From an uncultured Actinomycetota bacterium (GTDB lineage Bacteria > Actinomycetota > UBA4738 > HRBIN12): a stretch of 64,000 nucleotides of DNA. Below, piece after piece: positions 19,714 through 30,482 of the stretch (position 1 is its first letter; the number at the start of each line of letters is the position of its first letter). The notes under the pieces were generated by a model. That model saw only the letters and a program-made list of their open reading frames with translations, was not told the DNA's origin and ran no database searches. The stretch is taken from assembly GCA_963762745.1 (NCBI GenBank), contig CAVXMB010000007.1, positions 168,653 to 232,652 of the forward strand, given 5' to 3'. Both the position numbers and the translations under genes were made by a program.

Positions 19714-21174
19714 GTGAGACGTCTTCCCCACGTGCCGCTGTCCGCGGTGGCGCTCGCCGTGCCCGCCGCGGAGATCCGCGGTGATGCAGCCATCCCGATC
19801 GGCGAGGTCGCGTTCGACTCGCGTCAGGTTGCCCGGGATGCCTTGTTCTTCTGCGTGGGGGGCGCCCGGGCGGACGGACACGACTTCGCCGCCGACGCGA
19901 TCCGGTCGGGGGCCGCGGCCCTGGTGGTCGAACGGTGGCTCGACAGCGACCGACCGCAGATCCTCGTCCCCTCCGTCCGCCAGGCGATGGGGCCCATGTC
20001 GTCCGTCGTGTTCGGCGAACCGACGCGCTCGCTCACGATCGTGGGCGTCACGGGCACGAACGGCAAGACCACGGTCGTCCATCTGTTGGACGCGGTGTTC
20101 CGTGCCGCGGGGCGCGTCACGGGTTCGATCGGGACGGTCGGCGCGCACGTGGCCGGAGAGCCGGTTCCGCTCGCGAGGACCACCCCCGAGGCGCCCGACC
20201 TCCACCGGCTGCTCGCCCGGATGCGGGATGCCGGCGTCACGACGGTCGCCATGGAGGTCTCGTCGCATGCGCTGGATCAGGGCCGTGTGGGAGGTCTCAC
20301 CTTCGACGCGGCCGTCTTCACGAATCTGTCGCAAGACCACTTGGACCATCACGGCTCGATGGAGTCGTATTTCGCCGCCAAGGCGTCGCTGTTCGCCGAG
20401 GGCAGAACCGAGCATGCACTCCTGAACCTCGACGACCCGTGGGGACGGCGTCTGCTCGACGTGTCGATGCCGATCACCACCTTCGGGCTCGACCCGGATG
20501 CGGACGTCCGCGCCGAGGACGTTCGGGCGACCGTGGACGGGCTCGCGTTCCGGGTCGACGGTAGGGAGGTGACGAGCCCGCTTCGAGGCGCGTTCAACGT
20601 GTCGAACTGCCTCGCGGCGATCGCGTCCTCCGGTGTGGTCGGCGTGGACGTGTCGGACGCGATCCGCGGCGTGGCGAGCGCCGGACAGGTCGCGGGTCGG
20701 ATGGAGCCGGTGGACGGCGGCCAGAGATTCCTGGTGGTGGTGGATTACGCGCACACGCCGGATAGCATCCGAACAGTGCTTGCCGCGGCACGCCCGTTGG
20801 CGACGGGCCGGGTGATCGTCGTCTTCGGTTGCGGTGGTGACCGTGACCGCGCGAAGCGGTTCCCGATGGGAGCTGCGGCAACGGAGGGAGCTGATCTCAC
20901 GGTCATCACCACCGACAATCCACGCTCCGAGGACCCGCTCGACATCATCGCGGATGTCGAGCGAGGCGCTGTCGAGGGCGGCGGGCGCTTCGTGGTCGAA
21001 CCGGATCGCCGTGCGGCGATCCGGTACGCCCTGCGCGAGGCGCGTCCGGGTGACGTCGTCGTCGTCGCCGGCAAGGGTCACGAGACCGAGCAGGAGCGGG
21101 CCGAGGGGTCCGTGCCGTTGGATGACCGCGTCGTGGTCCGCGAAGAGCTCCAGGCATCCGGGGGAGCAGCGTGA
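19714..21174 (+). CDS. murE: UDP-N-acetylmuramoyl-L-alanyl-D-glutamate--2,6-diaminopimelate ligase
   Basis: Mur ligase domains with a GTNGKTT P-loop. Confidence 0.9.
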   Translation: MRRLPHVPLSAVALAVPAAEIRGDAAIPIGEVAFDSRQVARDALFFCVGGARADGHDFAADAIRSGAAALVVERWLDSDRPQILVPSVRQAMGPMSSVVFGEPTRSLTIVGVTGTNGKTTVVHLLDAVFRAAGRVTGSIGTVGAHVAGEPVPLARTTPEAPDLHRLLARMRDAGVTTVAMEVSSHALDQGRVGGLTFDAAVFTNLSQDHLDHHGSMESYFAAKASLFAEGRTEHALLNLDDPWGRRLLDVSMPITTFGLDPDADVRAEDVRATVDGLAFRVDGREVTSPLRGAFNVSNCLAAIASSGVVGVDVSDAIRGVASAGQVAGRMEPVDGGQRFLVVVDYAHTPDSIRTVLAAARPLATGRVIVVFGCGGDRDRAKRFPMGAAATEGADLTVITTDNPRSEDPLDIIADVERGAVEGGGRFVVEPDRRAAIRYALREARPGDVVVVAGKGHETEQERAEGSVPLDDRVVVREELQASGGAA

Positions 21175-22541
21175 GGCCACGACTGCTCTCGGAGGTCGCC
21201 CGCGCGGTAGAGGGGTCGCTCGAGGGCGACGACGTCGAAGTGGGTTCGGTGTCGACGGACTCGCGCGACGTGATCGCGGGTGGCTTGTTCGTTGCGCTCA
21301 CCGGTGAGCGCACCGACGGACATCGCTTCGTCGACCAGGCGTTCGCGGCGGGTGCCGCGGGGGCGATGGTCGAGGAGGTTGCCGTCGCCGCGAACGACCC
21401 GCGACCGATGGTGCGGGTGGGTTCGACGTCGGACGCGTTGATGCGACTCGCCGCCGACGAGCGCACCTCGATGACGGCGACCGTCGTCGGCATCACGGGT
21501 GCGAACGGCAAGACGTCCACCAAGGATCTCGCCCAGGCGATCGCGCAGACCCGGTTCCGGGTGCACGCCAGCCCGGGCTCGTTCAACAACGAGATCGGTC
21601 TGCCGCTCACCCTGCTCGGCGCCCCCCCGGACACCGAGGTGCTCGTCGCGGAGATGGGCGCGCGGCGTCTCGGCGACGTGAAGCTCTTGTCGGGGATCGC
21701 CCGGCCCGACCTCGTCGTGGTCACGAACGTGGGGGTGGCCCACATGGAGGTGTTCGGGTCGTGGGCGTCGATCGTCGAGGCGTCCGCCGAGCCGATCGAC
21801 GCCCTCGCACCCGACGGGATCGCGATCTTGAACGCCGACGACCCCGTCGTCATCGGGTACGGGGATCGCTGCCCCGGCAGGGTCGTCACCTTCGGCGTCG
21901 GGCCGGACGCCGACGTCCGAGCCGTCGACGTCTCCCTCGGTCCCGACGGACGTGCATCGTTCCGACTCGTCGCGGAGGAGGGGGAGGTCGCGGTGACGCT
22001 GGCCGTGCCCGGCGAGCACATGGTGTCGAACGCACTCGCCGCCGCCGCGGTGGGACGCGAGCTCGGCGTCCCGCTGGCGGAGACCGCCTCGGCCCTGGCA
22101 GGGGCGGGCGTGTCCCGCTGGCGCATGGAGACGTTCACGACGGCGTCCGGCGTCGTTGTTCTGAACGACGCGTACAACGCGAACCCCGAGTCCACCGCGG
22201 CGGCCCTCCGAACCGCTCGATGGATGGCCGGCGAGGAGCGCCTGATCGCGGTCCTCGGCGAGATGGCCGAGCTCGGCCCGATCTCCGAGGACGAGCACGA
22301 CCGCGTGGGGGAGCTGGCGGCGCGGATCCGCGTGGACCGGCTGCTCACCGTGGGTGAGGCCGCGCGCGCCATCGCACGCGCCGCCATCCGGGAGGGCATG
22401 GAGCCCGGCGACGTCGCGAGCTACGACGATCCCGCTGAGGCGCTCGAGGACGTCCGGGCATGGGCACGCCCGGGCGATCTCGTCCTCTGCAAGGGGTCGC
22501 GGGTCGCCGGTCTCGAGACCTTGGCCGAGGCCTTGCGGTGA
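21171..22541 (+). CDS. murF: UDP-N-acetylmuramoyl-tripeptide--D-alanyl-D-alanine ligase
   Basis: GANGKTST P-loop in a Mur ligase fold. Confidence 0.9.
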   Translation: MRPRLLSEVARAVEGSLEGDDVEVGSVSTDSRDVIAGGLFVALTGERTDGHRFVDQAFAAGAAGAMVEEVAVAANDPRPMVRVGSTSDALMRLAADERTSMTATVVGITGANGKTSTKDLAQAIAQTRFRVHASPGSFNNEIGLPLTLLGAPPDTEVLVAEMGARRLGDVKLLSGIARPDLVVVTNVGVAHMEVFGSWASIVEASAEPIDALAPDGIAILNADDPVVIGYGDRCPGRVVTFGVGPDADVRAVDVSLGPDGRASFRLVAEEGEVAVTLAVPGEHMVSNALAAAAVGRELGVPLAETASALAGAGVSRWRMETFTTASGVVVLNDAYNANPESTAAALRTARWMAGEERLIAVLGEMAELGPISEDEHDRVGELAARIRVDRLLTVGEAARAIARAAIREGMEPGDVASYDDPAEALEDVRAWARPGDLVLCKGSRVAGLETLAEALR

Positions 22542-23620
22542 TCCCGATCCTCGTCGCGGGCGCGGTGGGTCTCGCGGTCACGCTCCTGGGGACGCCCGTG
22601 GCGATCCGTCTCTTCCGCGTGTGGGGGTGGGGCCAGCGGATCCGCGAGGACGGCCCGCACACGCACTTCGAGAAGGTCGGTACGCCCACGATGGGCGGGA
22701 TCGTGATGCTCGTGGCGCTGGTCGTCGCCTACCTCGCGACGCGTCCCACGATCGCAGCCGGGATCACGTTCAGCCCGGCGGGACTCGCCCTGATCCTGGC
22801 CGCGGTCGGGTTCGGGCTCGTGGGGTTCGTGGACGACTTCCTGAAGGTCCGCCGGAAGCGGTCGCTGGGCCTGTCGAAGACCCAGAAGTTCCTGGGGACG
22901 GCCATCGTGTCGGTGTTGTTCTCGCTCATCGTCGTCGCGTTCTCCGGCGACACCGGCACGTCGACGAGCCTCTCCTTCGTGCGGCCGACGGCCCTGGATC
23001 TCGGAGTCTTCTTCTACCTGTGGGTGTTCGTGGTGCTGACGTCTTCCTCGCACGCGGTGAACCTCACCGACGGGCTCGACGGGCTCGCAGCCGGGTCCTC
23101 GATCCTCGTCCTCGCGGGATACGTGTTCATCGCGTTCTGGCAGTTCCGGCACACCTGCGATCAGGCCCCCACCGCTGAAGCATTGAAGGCGTGCTATGAG
23201 GGCGTCGACCTCCTCGCGATGCAGGACACGGCGATCATCGCGGCGGCGATGATGGGCGCCGCGATGGGCTTCCTCTGGTGGAACGCCGCCCCCGCGCGCA
23301 TCTTCATGGGCGACACCGGCGCGCTGGCGCTGGGCGGACTGTTCGGCGCGATGGCGATCACGACCAACACGCAGATGCTGTTGATCATCCTCGGCGGCCT
23401 GTACGTCATCGAGACGATGTCGGTGATCATCCAGGTGATCTCGTTCCGCGGGTTCGGGAAGCGGATCTTCCGCATGTCGCCGATCCACCATCACTTCGAG
23501 CTCTCCGGCTGGCCCGAGTTCACCGTGATCGTCCGCTTCTGGATCATCGCCGGGCTCTGCGTCGCCGTCGGACTGGGCGTGTTCTACGCGGACTTCATCG
23601 CTCGGGGTGGTCTCGATTGA
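22538..23620 (+). CDS. mraY: phospho-N-acetylmuramoyl-pentapeptide-transferase
   Basis: Polytopic membrane protein with the NLTDGLDGLAAG motif. The GTG start overlaps the murF stop. Confidence 0.9.
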   Translation: MIPILVAGAVGLAVTLLGTPVAIRLFRVWGWGQRIREDGPHTHFEKVGTPTMGGIVMLVALVVAYLATRPTIAAGITFSPAGLALILAAVGFGLVGFVDDFLKVRRKRSLGLSKTQKFLGTAIVSVLFSLIVVAFSGDTGTSTSLSFVRPTALDLGVFFYLWVFVVLTSSSHAVNLTDGLDGLAAGSSILVLAGYVFIAFWQFRHTCDQAPTAEALKACYEGVDLLAMQDTAIIAAAMMGAAMGFLWWNAAPARIFMGDTGALALGGLFGAMAITTNTQMLLIILGGLYVIETMSVIIQVISFRGFGKRIFRMSPIHHHFELSGWPEFTVIVRFWIIAGLCVAVGLGVFYADFIARGGLD

Positions 23621-24966
23621 GCGGTCGGTTCGCGGGGGAGCGGGCGGTCGTCGTGGGCGCGGGGGTCGCCGGCACCGGCTCCGCGCGCGCCCTGTCGGCC
23701 GAGGGTGCTCGTGTCCTCGTGACGGAAGCCCGTCCCGAGCACGACGTCCCGTCGGCCGTCGAGCTCAGAGCGCTGGGGGTCGATGTCCGGACCGGCGGGC
23801 ACGACCCGAGCCATCTGGAGGGCGCCACCCTCGTCGTCGTCGGGCCGGGGATCTCCCCGGACGTCGACGTCGTGCGGTGGGCGCGCGATCGCGGTGTGCC
23901 CGTGTGGGGCGAGATGGAGCTCGGCGCCCGGCTCGCGCGTGCGCCGTACCTGGCCGTCACCGGCACGAACGGGAAGACGACCGTGACGGCGATGATCGAA
24001 GCCTGTCTGCGGGCCGGCGGCCACGACGCGCTCGCGTGCGGCAACATCGGCCTGTCCTTCCCCGAGGCGGCACGGGAACACCGCGACGTCTTGGTGGTCG
24101 AGGTCTCGAGCTTCCAGCTCGCCGTCCAGGAGTCGTTCCATCCCACGATCTCGGTCTTGTTGAACGTCGCGCCGGACCACCTGGACTGGCACGGCGACCT
24201 CAAGGCCTACATCGAGGCGAAAGCGCGGATCCATCGGCTGCAGGTCGGTTCCGACGTGCACATCGGCAACCGTGACGACCCGCTGGCGGCGGAGATCTCC
24301 TCGAGGGCCGCGTGTGCACTGCGTTGGTTCCGTGTTGGGCCGCCGGAGGAGGGCGAGGTCGGCTACGAAGGCGACGAGTTGTTCGCTCGTCTGGACGGCG
24401 CCCACGCGCTCGGTCCGATCGACGGCGAACGGGCGGGGTATCGAGAGGATGCGGCCGCCGCGGCGGCCGTCGCACTCTCCTACGGCGTGCACCCTGCCGC
24501 CGCGGCGGCGGCGATCGCGGGGTTCCACCCGGCGCCGCACCGCGGCGAAGTCGTCGCGACCGTCGACGGGGTGCGCTTCGTGGACAACTCCAAGGCCACG
24601 AACGTCCACGCGGCGGCGGCCGCGATCGACGGCGCCGGCGACGCCGTCCTGATCGCGGGCGGCCGCGCCAAAGGGGTGGACCTCTCTCCGTTGAAGGAGC
24701 ATGCGGATCGCCTCCGGGCGGTGATCGCGATCGGCGAGTCCGCGCCCGCCATCGTCGACCTGTTCGAAGGCTCGGTGCCCGCGAGCCTCGCGGGATCCAT
24801 CGAGGAGGCGGTGCGGCTCGCCTTCGAGGCGGCCGAGCCGGGGGACGCCGTCCTGCTGGCGCCGGCGTGCGCGAGCTGGGATCAGTTCACGGACTACGCC
24901 GAGCGCGGGGATCGGTTCGCGGCGGCAGCCAGGTCGCTGCGAGCGGAGGCGGGTGCGCGTGGCTGA
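23617..24966 (+). CDS. murD: UDP-N-acetylmuramoylalanine--D-glutamate ligase
   Basis: GTNGKTT P-loop. The TTG/GTG start overlaps the mraY stop, and the in-frame N-terminal extension in the ORF track is spurious. Confidence 0.85.
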   Translation: MSGRFAGERAVVVGAGVAGTGSARALSAEGARVLVTEARPEHDVPSAVELRALGVDVRTGGHDPSHLEGATLVVVGPGISPDVDVVRWARDRGVPVWGEMELGARLARAPYLAVTGTNGKTTVTAMIEACLRAGGHDALACGNIGLSFPEAAREHRDVLVVEVSSFQLAVQESFHPTISVLLNVAPDHLDWHGDLKAYIEAKARIHRLQVGSDVHIGNRDDPLAAEISSRAACALRWFRVGPPEEGEVGYEGDELFARLDGAHALGPIDGERAGYREDAAAAAAVALSYGVHPAAAAAAIAGFHPAPHRGEVVATVDGVRFVDNSKATNVHAAAAAIDGAGDAVLIAGGRAKGVDLSPLKEHADRLRAVIAIGESAPAIVDLFEGSVPASLAGSIEEAVRLAFEAAEPGDAVLLAPACASWDQFTDYAERGDRFAAAARSLRAEAGARG

Positions 24967-26224
24967 TCGAACCGTGGTTCGGCGCCGCACGAAAGCCCCC
25001 GCGAGCGCGTCGCACCTGCGCCTCGTCCGCGCCGAAGACCTGATGCGTCCGGCGCTCAGCGCCGCGGCCGTGGCGCGCCGGAACCTCTCCCTCCTGCTGG
25101 CGCCGACCGCCCTCCTCACCGTGATCGGTCTCGTCATGATCCTTTCAGCCGGCTCGATCTCGGCGGTCGAGGGCTACGACAGCGCCTTCTGGTACTTCAA
25201 CCGGCAGACGCTGTACGCGCTCGCCGGCCTCGTCGGGCTCGTAGTGACCGCCCGCATCCCGTATGCGTTCTGGCGCCGGGCCGCGATCCCGATGCTGCTG
25301 GCGCTGCTCCCCGTGATGCTGCTGACGTTGCACCCGGCGCTCGGGTCCTCTCTCTACGGGGCCTCCCGTTGGATCGACCTGGGCCCCATCACCCTTCAAC
25401 CCGCAGAGTTCGCGAAGCTCCTCACCGTGTGCGCCACCGCCGCGATCCTGTCCCGCCCGTGGAAGAACCTCACGCGCGCACGAGACGTGTTCCTCCCGCT
25501 GGGACCGCTCGTGTTAGTCGTCGCCGGCCTCGTCCTGCTCCAGCGGGACCTGGGAACGACGCTGATCATCTGCGGGAGCGTGTTCCTCATCCTGTTCGCG
25601 GCCGGGGTCCGACTCGGCTCGTTGGCGTGGACGGGCCTCGGTGCCGTGGCGGTGACCGCGTGGTTCATCTTCAAGACCGAATACCGGCGCACGAGGTTCC
25701 TGGAAGCGTGGCTCAACTGGGAGCTGGACCCCAGCGGCGCGGGATGGCAACTGCGGCAAGGACTGATCGCGCTCGGATCCGGGGGGTGGCTCGGGATCGG
25801 GCTCGGCAACAGCCGTCAGAAATGGGACTACCTCCCCAACGCGCACAGCGACTTCGTGTTCGCCGTCCTCGGAGAGGAGCTCGGGCTGATCGGCGCGCTG
25901 TCGGTCCTGTCGCTGTTCGGCATCCTGCTCTTCGCGGGCATCCGGATCGCGATGAACGCAACCGATACGTTCGGCAGGCTCCTGGCCGCGGGGATCACGG
26001 GTTGGATCGGGCTGCAGACGCTCGTGAACCTGGGAGCCGTCACCGGGCTCCTGCCGATCACCGGCGTGCCGCTGCCGTTCCTCTCTTTCGGGGGAACGGC
26101 CCTCGTGGTGACGCTCGCCGGCGTGGGTGTGCTCGCGAGCGTGGCGCTCGAGGGCGTGCGATCCGCGGAGAGGAGGCACGTCCGCGACCGGACTCGCCAC
26201 GGCGGCGAGGGAGGACGACGGTGA
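24953..26224 (+). CDS. ftsW: cell division protein FtsW (SEDS family)
   Basis: 10-transmembrane FtsW/RodA/SpoVE family protein. Confidence 0.9.
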   Translation: MRVADRTVVRRRTKAPASASHLRLVRAEDLMRPALSAAAVARRNLSLLLAPTALLTVIGLVMILSAGSISAVEGYDSAFWYFNRQTLYALAGLVGLVVTARIPYAFWRRAAIPMLLALLPVMLLTLHPALGSSLYGASRWIDLGPITLQPAEFAKLLTVCATAAILSRPWKNLTRARDVFLPLGPLVLVVAGLVLLQRDLGTTLIICGSVFLILFAAGVRLGSLAWTGLGAVAVTAWFIFKTEYRRTRFLEAWLNWELDPSGAGWQLRQGLIALGSGGWLGIGLGNSRQKWDYLPNAHSDFVFAVLGEELGLIGALSVLSLFGILLFAGIRIAMNATDTFGRLLAAGITGWIGLQTLVNLGAVTGLLPITGVPLPFLSFGGTALVVTLAGVGVLASVALEGVRSAERRHVRDRTRHGGEGGRR

Positions 26225-27324
26225 GGATCCTGATCGCCGGCGGCGGCACGGCCGGCCACATCTCGCCGTCGATCGCAGTGGCCGATCGTCTCCGGGATGG
26301 TGGGGCGAGCGTCGAGTTCGTCGGTTCCTCTGCGGGACCGGAAGCCACGATGGTGCCGGCTGCCGGCTATCGCTTCCATGGCGTCGCCGCGGCCCCGTTC
26401 AGACGTGAGGTGTCGCTCCGGTCGGCGGCTGCCCCGATCGTCGCGCTCCGCTCGGTGGCCACCAGCCGGCCGATCGTGCGAGACGCCGCCGCGGTGTTGG
26501 GGATGGGCGGATACGCGAGCATCGCTCCCGTCGTCGCCGCGCGGTCCGTGCGCGTGCCCATCGTCCTGCACGAGCAGAACGCGATCCCGGGCCTCGCGAA
26601 CCGACTCCTCGCGAGGCTCGCGACGGCGATGGCGCTTACCTTCGAGGACTCGCGGGACAGGCTCCCGGGGTCCCTCCGGACCGAGGTGACGGGGCTCCCG
26701 CTCCGGCGTGACATCCGGGCGGTGCCGGAGGGCCGGCCGGCGCTCGTGGAGGAGGCGCGACGGGTGTGGGACCTCGCGGCCGAGCGGACGACGGTGCTCG
26801 TGACCGGCGGAAGTCAGGGAGCGCTCCATGTGAACCGGACGATCGCGGATGCGATCCCGATCCTCGCCGGCCGATCCGATCTCCAGCTCGTCGTGCTCAC
26901 GGGGGCGGCGCACGAAGCCGTTCTCACCACGGCGGCGAACCGCGAGATGGAGCTGATCGTGCGGACCGTGCCCTTCCTCGAACGGATGGGACTGGCGCTG
27001 GCAGTGGCAGACCTCGCGGTGGCACGCGCGGGAGCGAACACGATCCACGAGCTCGCGGCGTGCGCGATCCCCTCGATCCTGGTGCCGTATCCCCATGCGA
27101 CGGACGACCATCAGGAGGCCAACGCCAGGGAGCTGGAGCGCGCCGGGGCCGCCGAGGTGTACTTGGATCGGGAGCTCACCCCGGAAGGGTTGGCGCGACG
27201 GATCCTCTCGCTCGTGGGGGACGGGGAACGTCGAGACGTGATGGCGAAGGCAGGAGCGGCGTGGGCCAAGCCCGACGCGGACGAACGCGTCGCCGGCCTG
27301 GTGCGGGCGGTGGCGCGTCCATGA
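26221..27324 (+). CDS. murG: UDP-N-acetylglucosamine--N-acetylmuramyl-(pentapeptide) pyrophosphoryl-undecaprenol N-acetylglucosamine transferase
   Basis: GGTAGHISP G-loop. The GTG start overlaps the ftsW stop. Confidence 0.9.
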   Translation: MRILIAGGGTAGHISPSIAVADRLRDGGASVEFVGSSAGPEATMVPAAGYRFHGVAAAPFRREVSLRSAAAPIVALRSVATSRPIVRDAAAVLGMGGYASIAPVVAARSVRVPIVLHEQNAIPGLANRLLARLATAMALTFEDSRDRLPGSLRTEVTGLPLRRDIRAVPEGRPALVEEARRVWDLAAERTTVLVTGGSQGALHVNRTIADAIPILAGRSDLQLVVLTGAAHEAVLTTAANREMELIVRTVPFLERMGLALAVADLAVARAGANTIHELAACAIPSILVPYPHATDDHQEANARELERAGAAEVYLDRELTPEGLARRILSLVGDGERRDVMAKAGAAWAKPDADERVAGLVRAVARP

Positions 27325-28760
27325 GGAGCGCGCCGCTCTATCGCCCGCCGCCCGGGTCGATCCCGACGTTGGGTGTGCCGTCGCTGGCGGGCGTGCGGAG
27401 CGTCCACCTGATCGGTGTGGGCGGGGCCGGCATGCGGAACCTCGCCCGGTTGTTCCTCGCGCGAGGCGTGGAGGTCTCGGGCTCGGATCTCAAGGACTCG
27501 GATGGGCTCCGCGAGCTCGCGAGCGAGGGCGCCCGGGTGCGCGTGGGTCATGACGCCGAATCGTTGGGCGATCCCGACGCCGTCGTGATCTCGACCGCGA
27601 TCGGCGAGGGCAACCCGGAGCTCGCGGCTGCCCGTGCCCGCGGGCTCGCCGTGTGGGCACGGCAGCAGGCGATCGCCGCCTTCGCCTCGGATCATCGCTC
27701 CATCGCCGTGGCCGGCACCACCGGGAAGACCACGACGACGTCGATGATCGCGACCGTCCTCGAACAAGCGGGCCTCGACCCCACCTACCTCATCGGCGGC
27801 GACTTGAACGAGAGCGGGAGCGGGGCGAAGGCCGGGGACGGCGACCTCTTCTTGTTCGAGGCCGACGAGAGCGATGGATCCTTCCTCCTCACCGACCCCG
27901 CGATCGGCGTCGTGACCAACGTCGAGGTCGACCACGTCGATTTCTATCCGGGAGGAGCAGACGAGCTGCGGATGGCGTTCGCGGAGTTCTGCGCGCGCTC
28001 CGGCCGGGTCGTCGCATGCGTCGACGACGAAGGGGTTCGCGGATCGTTGCGTCTCGCCGGGGTGGAGGCGATCGGGTACGGGATCGGCGCGGACGCCGAG
28101 GTTCGTTTGGTGGTCGATTCCCCCGGCCCGGGTGGCGCCAGGGGAACACTGCTCGTCGAAGGGGACCCGGTGCCGTTGGCGCTTCGCGTCGATGGCACCC
28201 ACAACCTGTTGGACGCGGCCGCGGCGATCGCGGTGGGTACCGTCGTCGGCGTTCGCGCGGACGACGCGGCCCACGCACTCTCGACCTTCGGGGGGATCCG
28301 GCGTCGCTTCGAGCACCGGGGGAGCGTGCGCGGCGCGGAGTTCTTCGACGATTACGCGCACGTCCCCACGGAGCTCGCCGTGACGCTCGAGGTGGCGCGA
28401 GCGCGACAGCCCCGTCGCGTGGTCGCGGTGTTCCAGCCCCATCGGTACTCCAGGACCCAGGCGCTCTGGCGGGAGCTGGGGGCGAGCCTCACCGAGGCGG
28501 ACCTCATCGTGGTGACCGATGTGTACGGCGCGGATCAGACGCCGATCCCCGGGGTCACGGGTGCGCTCGTCGTGGATGGCGTCCGTGGTGCGGCGCCCGA
28601 ACGGGAGGTCGTGTACGCGCCCCACGGCGAGGACGCCATCGCCTTCCTCGCCAGGGAGGTGCACGAGGGTGACCTCGTGATCACCCTCGGGTGCGGCGAT
28701 GTCTGGATGCTCGGAGACGCCGCGCTCGCGCGGATCGCGGAGGCGGACGGTGTTGCCTGA
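27321..28760 (+). CDS. murC: UDP-N-acetylmuramate--L-alanine ligase
   Basis: GTTGKTTTT P-loop with an ATGA overlap with murG. Confidence 0.9.
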   Translation: MRSAPLYRPPPGSIPTLGVPSLAGVRSVHLIGVGGAGMRNLARLFLARGVEVSGSDLKDSDGLRELASEGARVRVGHDAESLGDPDAVVISTAIGEGNPELAAARARGLAVWARQQAIAAFASDHRSIAVAGTTGKTTTTSMIATVLEQAGLDPTYLIGGDLNESGSGAKAGDGDLFLFEADESDGSFLLTDPAIGVVTNVEVDHVDFYPGGADELRMAFAEFCARSGRVVACVDDEGVRGSLRLAGVEAIGYGIGADAEVRLVVDSPGPGGARGTLLVEGDPVPLALRVDGTHNLLDAAAAIAVGTVVGVRADDAAHALSTFGGIRRRFEHRGSVRGAEFFDDYAHVPTELAVTLEVARARQPRRVVAVFQPHRYSRTQALWRELGASLTEADLIVVTDVYGADQTPIPGVTGALVVDGVRGAAPEREVVYAPHGEDAIAFLAREVHEGDLVITLGCGDVWMLGDAALARIAEADGVA

Positions 28761-29682
28761 GCTCGCCGGAACAGAAGGTCTCCTCCGTGGGCAGCTCGGT
28801 CCTCGCCTCCGCGTGGGGTTCCCACTCGCGCCGATGACGAGCTTCCGGATCGGGGGTCCAGCTGCGCTCTTCGTCGAAGCGGAGGATGACGGGGACCTGG
28901 AAGCGATCGGGCGCGCGTCTCAAGAAACGGGAGTGCCGGTGGCGATCATCGGCAAGGGATCCAACGTGCTGGTGTCGGACGAAGGGTTCGCCGGGATCGT
29001 GCTGCGGCTCGGTCGCGGGTACCGCTGGGCGGGGCGCGACGGCGACTTGCTCACCGCCGGGGGAGCCATGCCGCTCCCCGCGCTCGCGGGGATCGCGATG
29101 CGACACCGCCTCACCGGACTCGAGTTCGGGGTCGCGATACCCGCGAGCCTGGGCGGGGCGGTGAAGATGAACGCGGGCGCGCACGGGCGCTCGATGTCCG
29201 AGGTGGTCGAGCGGATCGACATCTACTCGCTTCCGCGAGGTGCCCGGGATCCCCTGCCTGCCGGCGAGGCCGGGTTCGGATATCGGCGGTCGCAACTCCC
29301 TGCCGGCGGGGTCGTGGTCGCCGCCGCCGTCCGGCTCGAACCCGGCGACGAGGATCCGATCCGAGCCCAGATGGAGGAAGCGCGTGAATGGCGGCGGAAG
29401 ACGCAACCGCTCGCCGAGGCGAACTGCGGATCGGTGTTCACGAACCCCGACGGCGACCATGCCGCGAGGCTGATCGAGGCTGCGGGTGCGAAAGGGCTTC
29501 GGCTCGGAGGCGCGCAGGTCTCGATGAAGCACGCGAACTTCATCGTCGCCGATCCGGGCGCGTCCTCCTCGGATGTCTGGAGACTGATCGAACGCGTGCG
29601 TTCGCTCGTGGAGTCCGAGTCGGGGATCCGGCTCGAGACCGAAGTTGAGTTGATGGGGGCGTTCGCCGATGCGGAGCGCTGA
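28750..29682 (+). CDS. murB: UDP-N-acetylenolpyruvoylglucosamine reductase
   Basis: FAD-binding PCMH domain and a MurB C-terminal domain. The start could be GTG 28750 or ATG 28699. Confidence 0.85.
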   Translation: MLPELAGTEGLLRGQLGPRLRVGFPLAPMTSFRIGGPAALFVEAEDDGDLEAIGRASQETGVPVAIIGKGSNVLVSDEGFAGIVLRLGRGYRWAGRDGDLLTAGGAMPLPALAGIAMRHRLTGLEFGVAIPASLGGAVKMNAGAHGRSMSEVVERIDIYSLPRGARDPLPAGEAGFGYRRSQLPAGGVVVAAAVRLEPGDEDPIRAQMEEAREWRRKTQPLAEANCGSVFTNPDGDHAARLIEAAGAKGLRLGGAQVSMKHANFIVADPGASSSDVWRLIERVRSLVESESGIRLETEVELMGAFADAER

Positions 29683-30400
29683 ACGAGATCGACGGATCCT
29701 TCGGCGCTGGACGGTCGCCGCGATCGCGTTGATCCTGTTGGCGACGCTGGCGGTCGCGGCGACCTACACACCGCTGTTCGCCGCGGCACACATCCAGGTC
29801 CGCGGCGCGCATGGCATCCCGCGCGCCCAGGTCCTCGCGCTCGCCCGGGTGGACGAGCGATCCAACGTGTTCCATCTGGACCCGCGCGTCGTGGAACGAC
29901 GCCTGGAGCGCGACCCGAGGATCCTCGCGGCGCGGGTCAGCACCTCGCTCCCGGACGCGCTCACGATCGAGATCGTCTCGCGTGTCCCGGTCGGGGTCCT
30001 CGGCGTGACCCGCGACCTCGTCGGCGCCGACGGCGTCGTGATGGGCCCGGCGGGGTACCCGGTCGATCTGCCGGCATTGGTCGCTCCCGACGGCGGCCCC
30101 GTCGGCGCCCGGCACCTCCAGACGGCGGCGGCGGCGGCCGGTGCCCTCGACCCGACCTTGCGTCGGGCCGTCGACGCCGTGGTCGTGGCGCCCGACGGGG
30201 GATTGGCGATCCGACTCGCGGCCGGGTTCACCGCGTCCTTCGGAGATGCGTCGGAGCTCGCCGCCAAGGCCGAGTCGCTGTCCGCGTTGCTGGCGTGGGT
30301 GCGGGAACGAGAGGTGCGCGTGGTGTCGGCGGACCTGAGCGTGCCGGGGAGCCCCACCGCGACACTGGAACAGGGCTCCGACGCGGTTCCGGTTCCCTGA
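29669..30400 (+). CDS. ftsQ: cell division protein FtsQ/DivIB
   Basis: Single transmembrane segment plus a POTRA domain; last gene before ftsZ. Confidence 0.85.
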   Translation: MRSAERDRRILRRWTVAAIALILLATLAVAATYTPLFAAAHIQVRGAHGIPRAQVLALARVDERSNVFHLDPRVVERRLERDPRILAARVSTSLPDALTIEIVSRVPVGVLGVTRDLVGADGVVMGPAGYPVDLPALVAPDGGPVGARHLQTAAAAAGALDPTLRRAVDAVVVAPDGGLAIRLAAGFTASFGDASELAAKAESLSALLAWVREREVRVVSADLSVPGSPTATLEQGSDAVPVP

Positions 30401-30453
30401 TCCTATTGTCACGAGAAAGCGCAGCCGAGGGGTCGATGCGCGTGTCTGCACTT

Positions 30454-30482
30454 CTTGACGGACCTGCGATTTGCAAGTAGGG
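30454..30482 (+). promoter_or_regulatory. candidate sigma-A promoter TTGACG-N17-TAGGGT in the AT-rich ftsQ-ftsZ spacer
   Basis: The hexamers and a 17-nt spacer were read from the sequence. The 245-nt spacer is unusually AT-rich for this genome. Confidence 0.35.

Noticed and set aside
29589-29604. 16-nt perfect palindrome CGAACGCGTGCGTTCG
   Set aside because: It lies inside the murB coding sequence (..LIERVRSLV..), has a 2-nt rather than 4-nt spacer, and is most likely a chance palindrome in GC-rich coding DNA.
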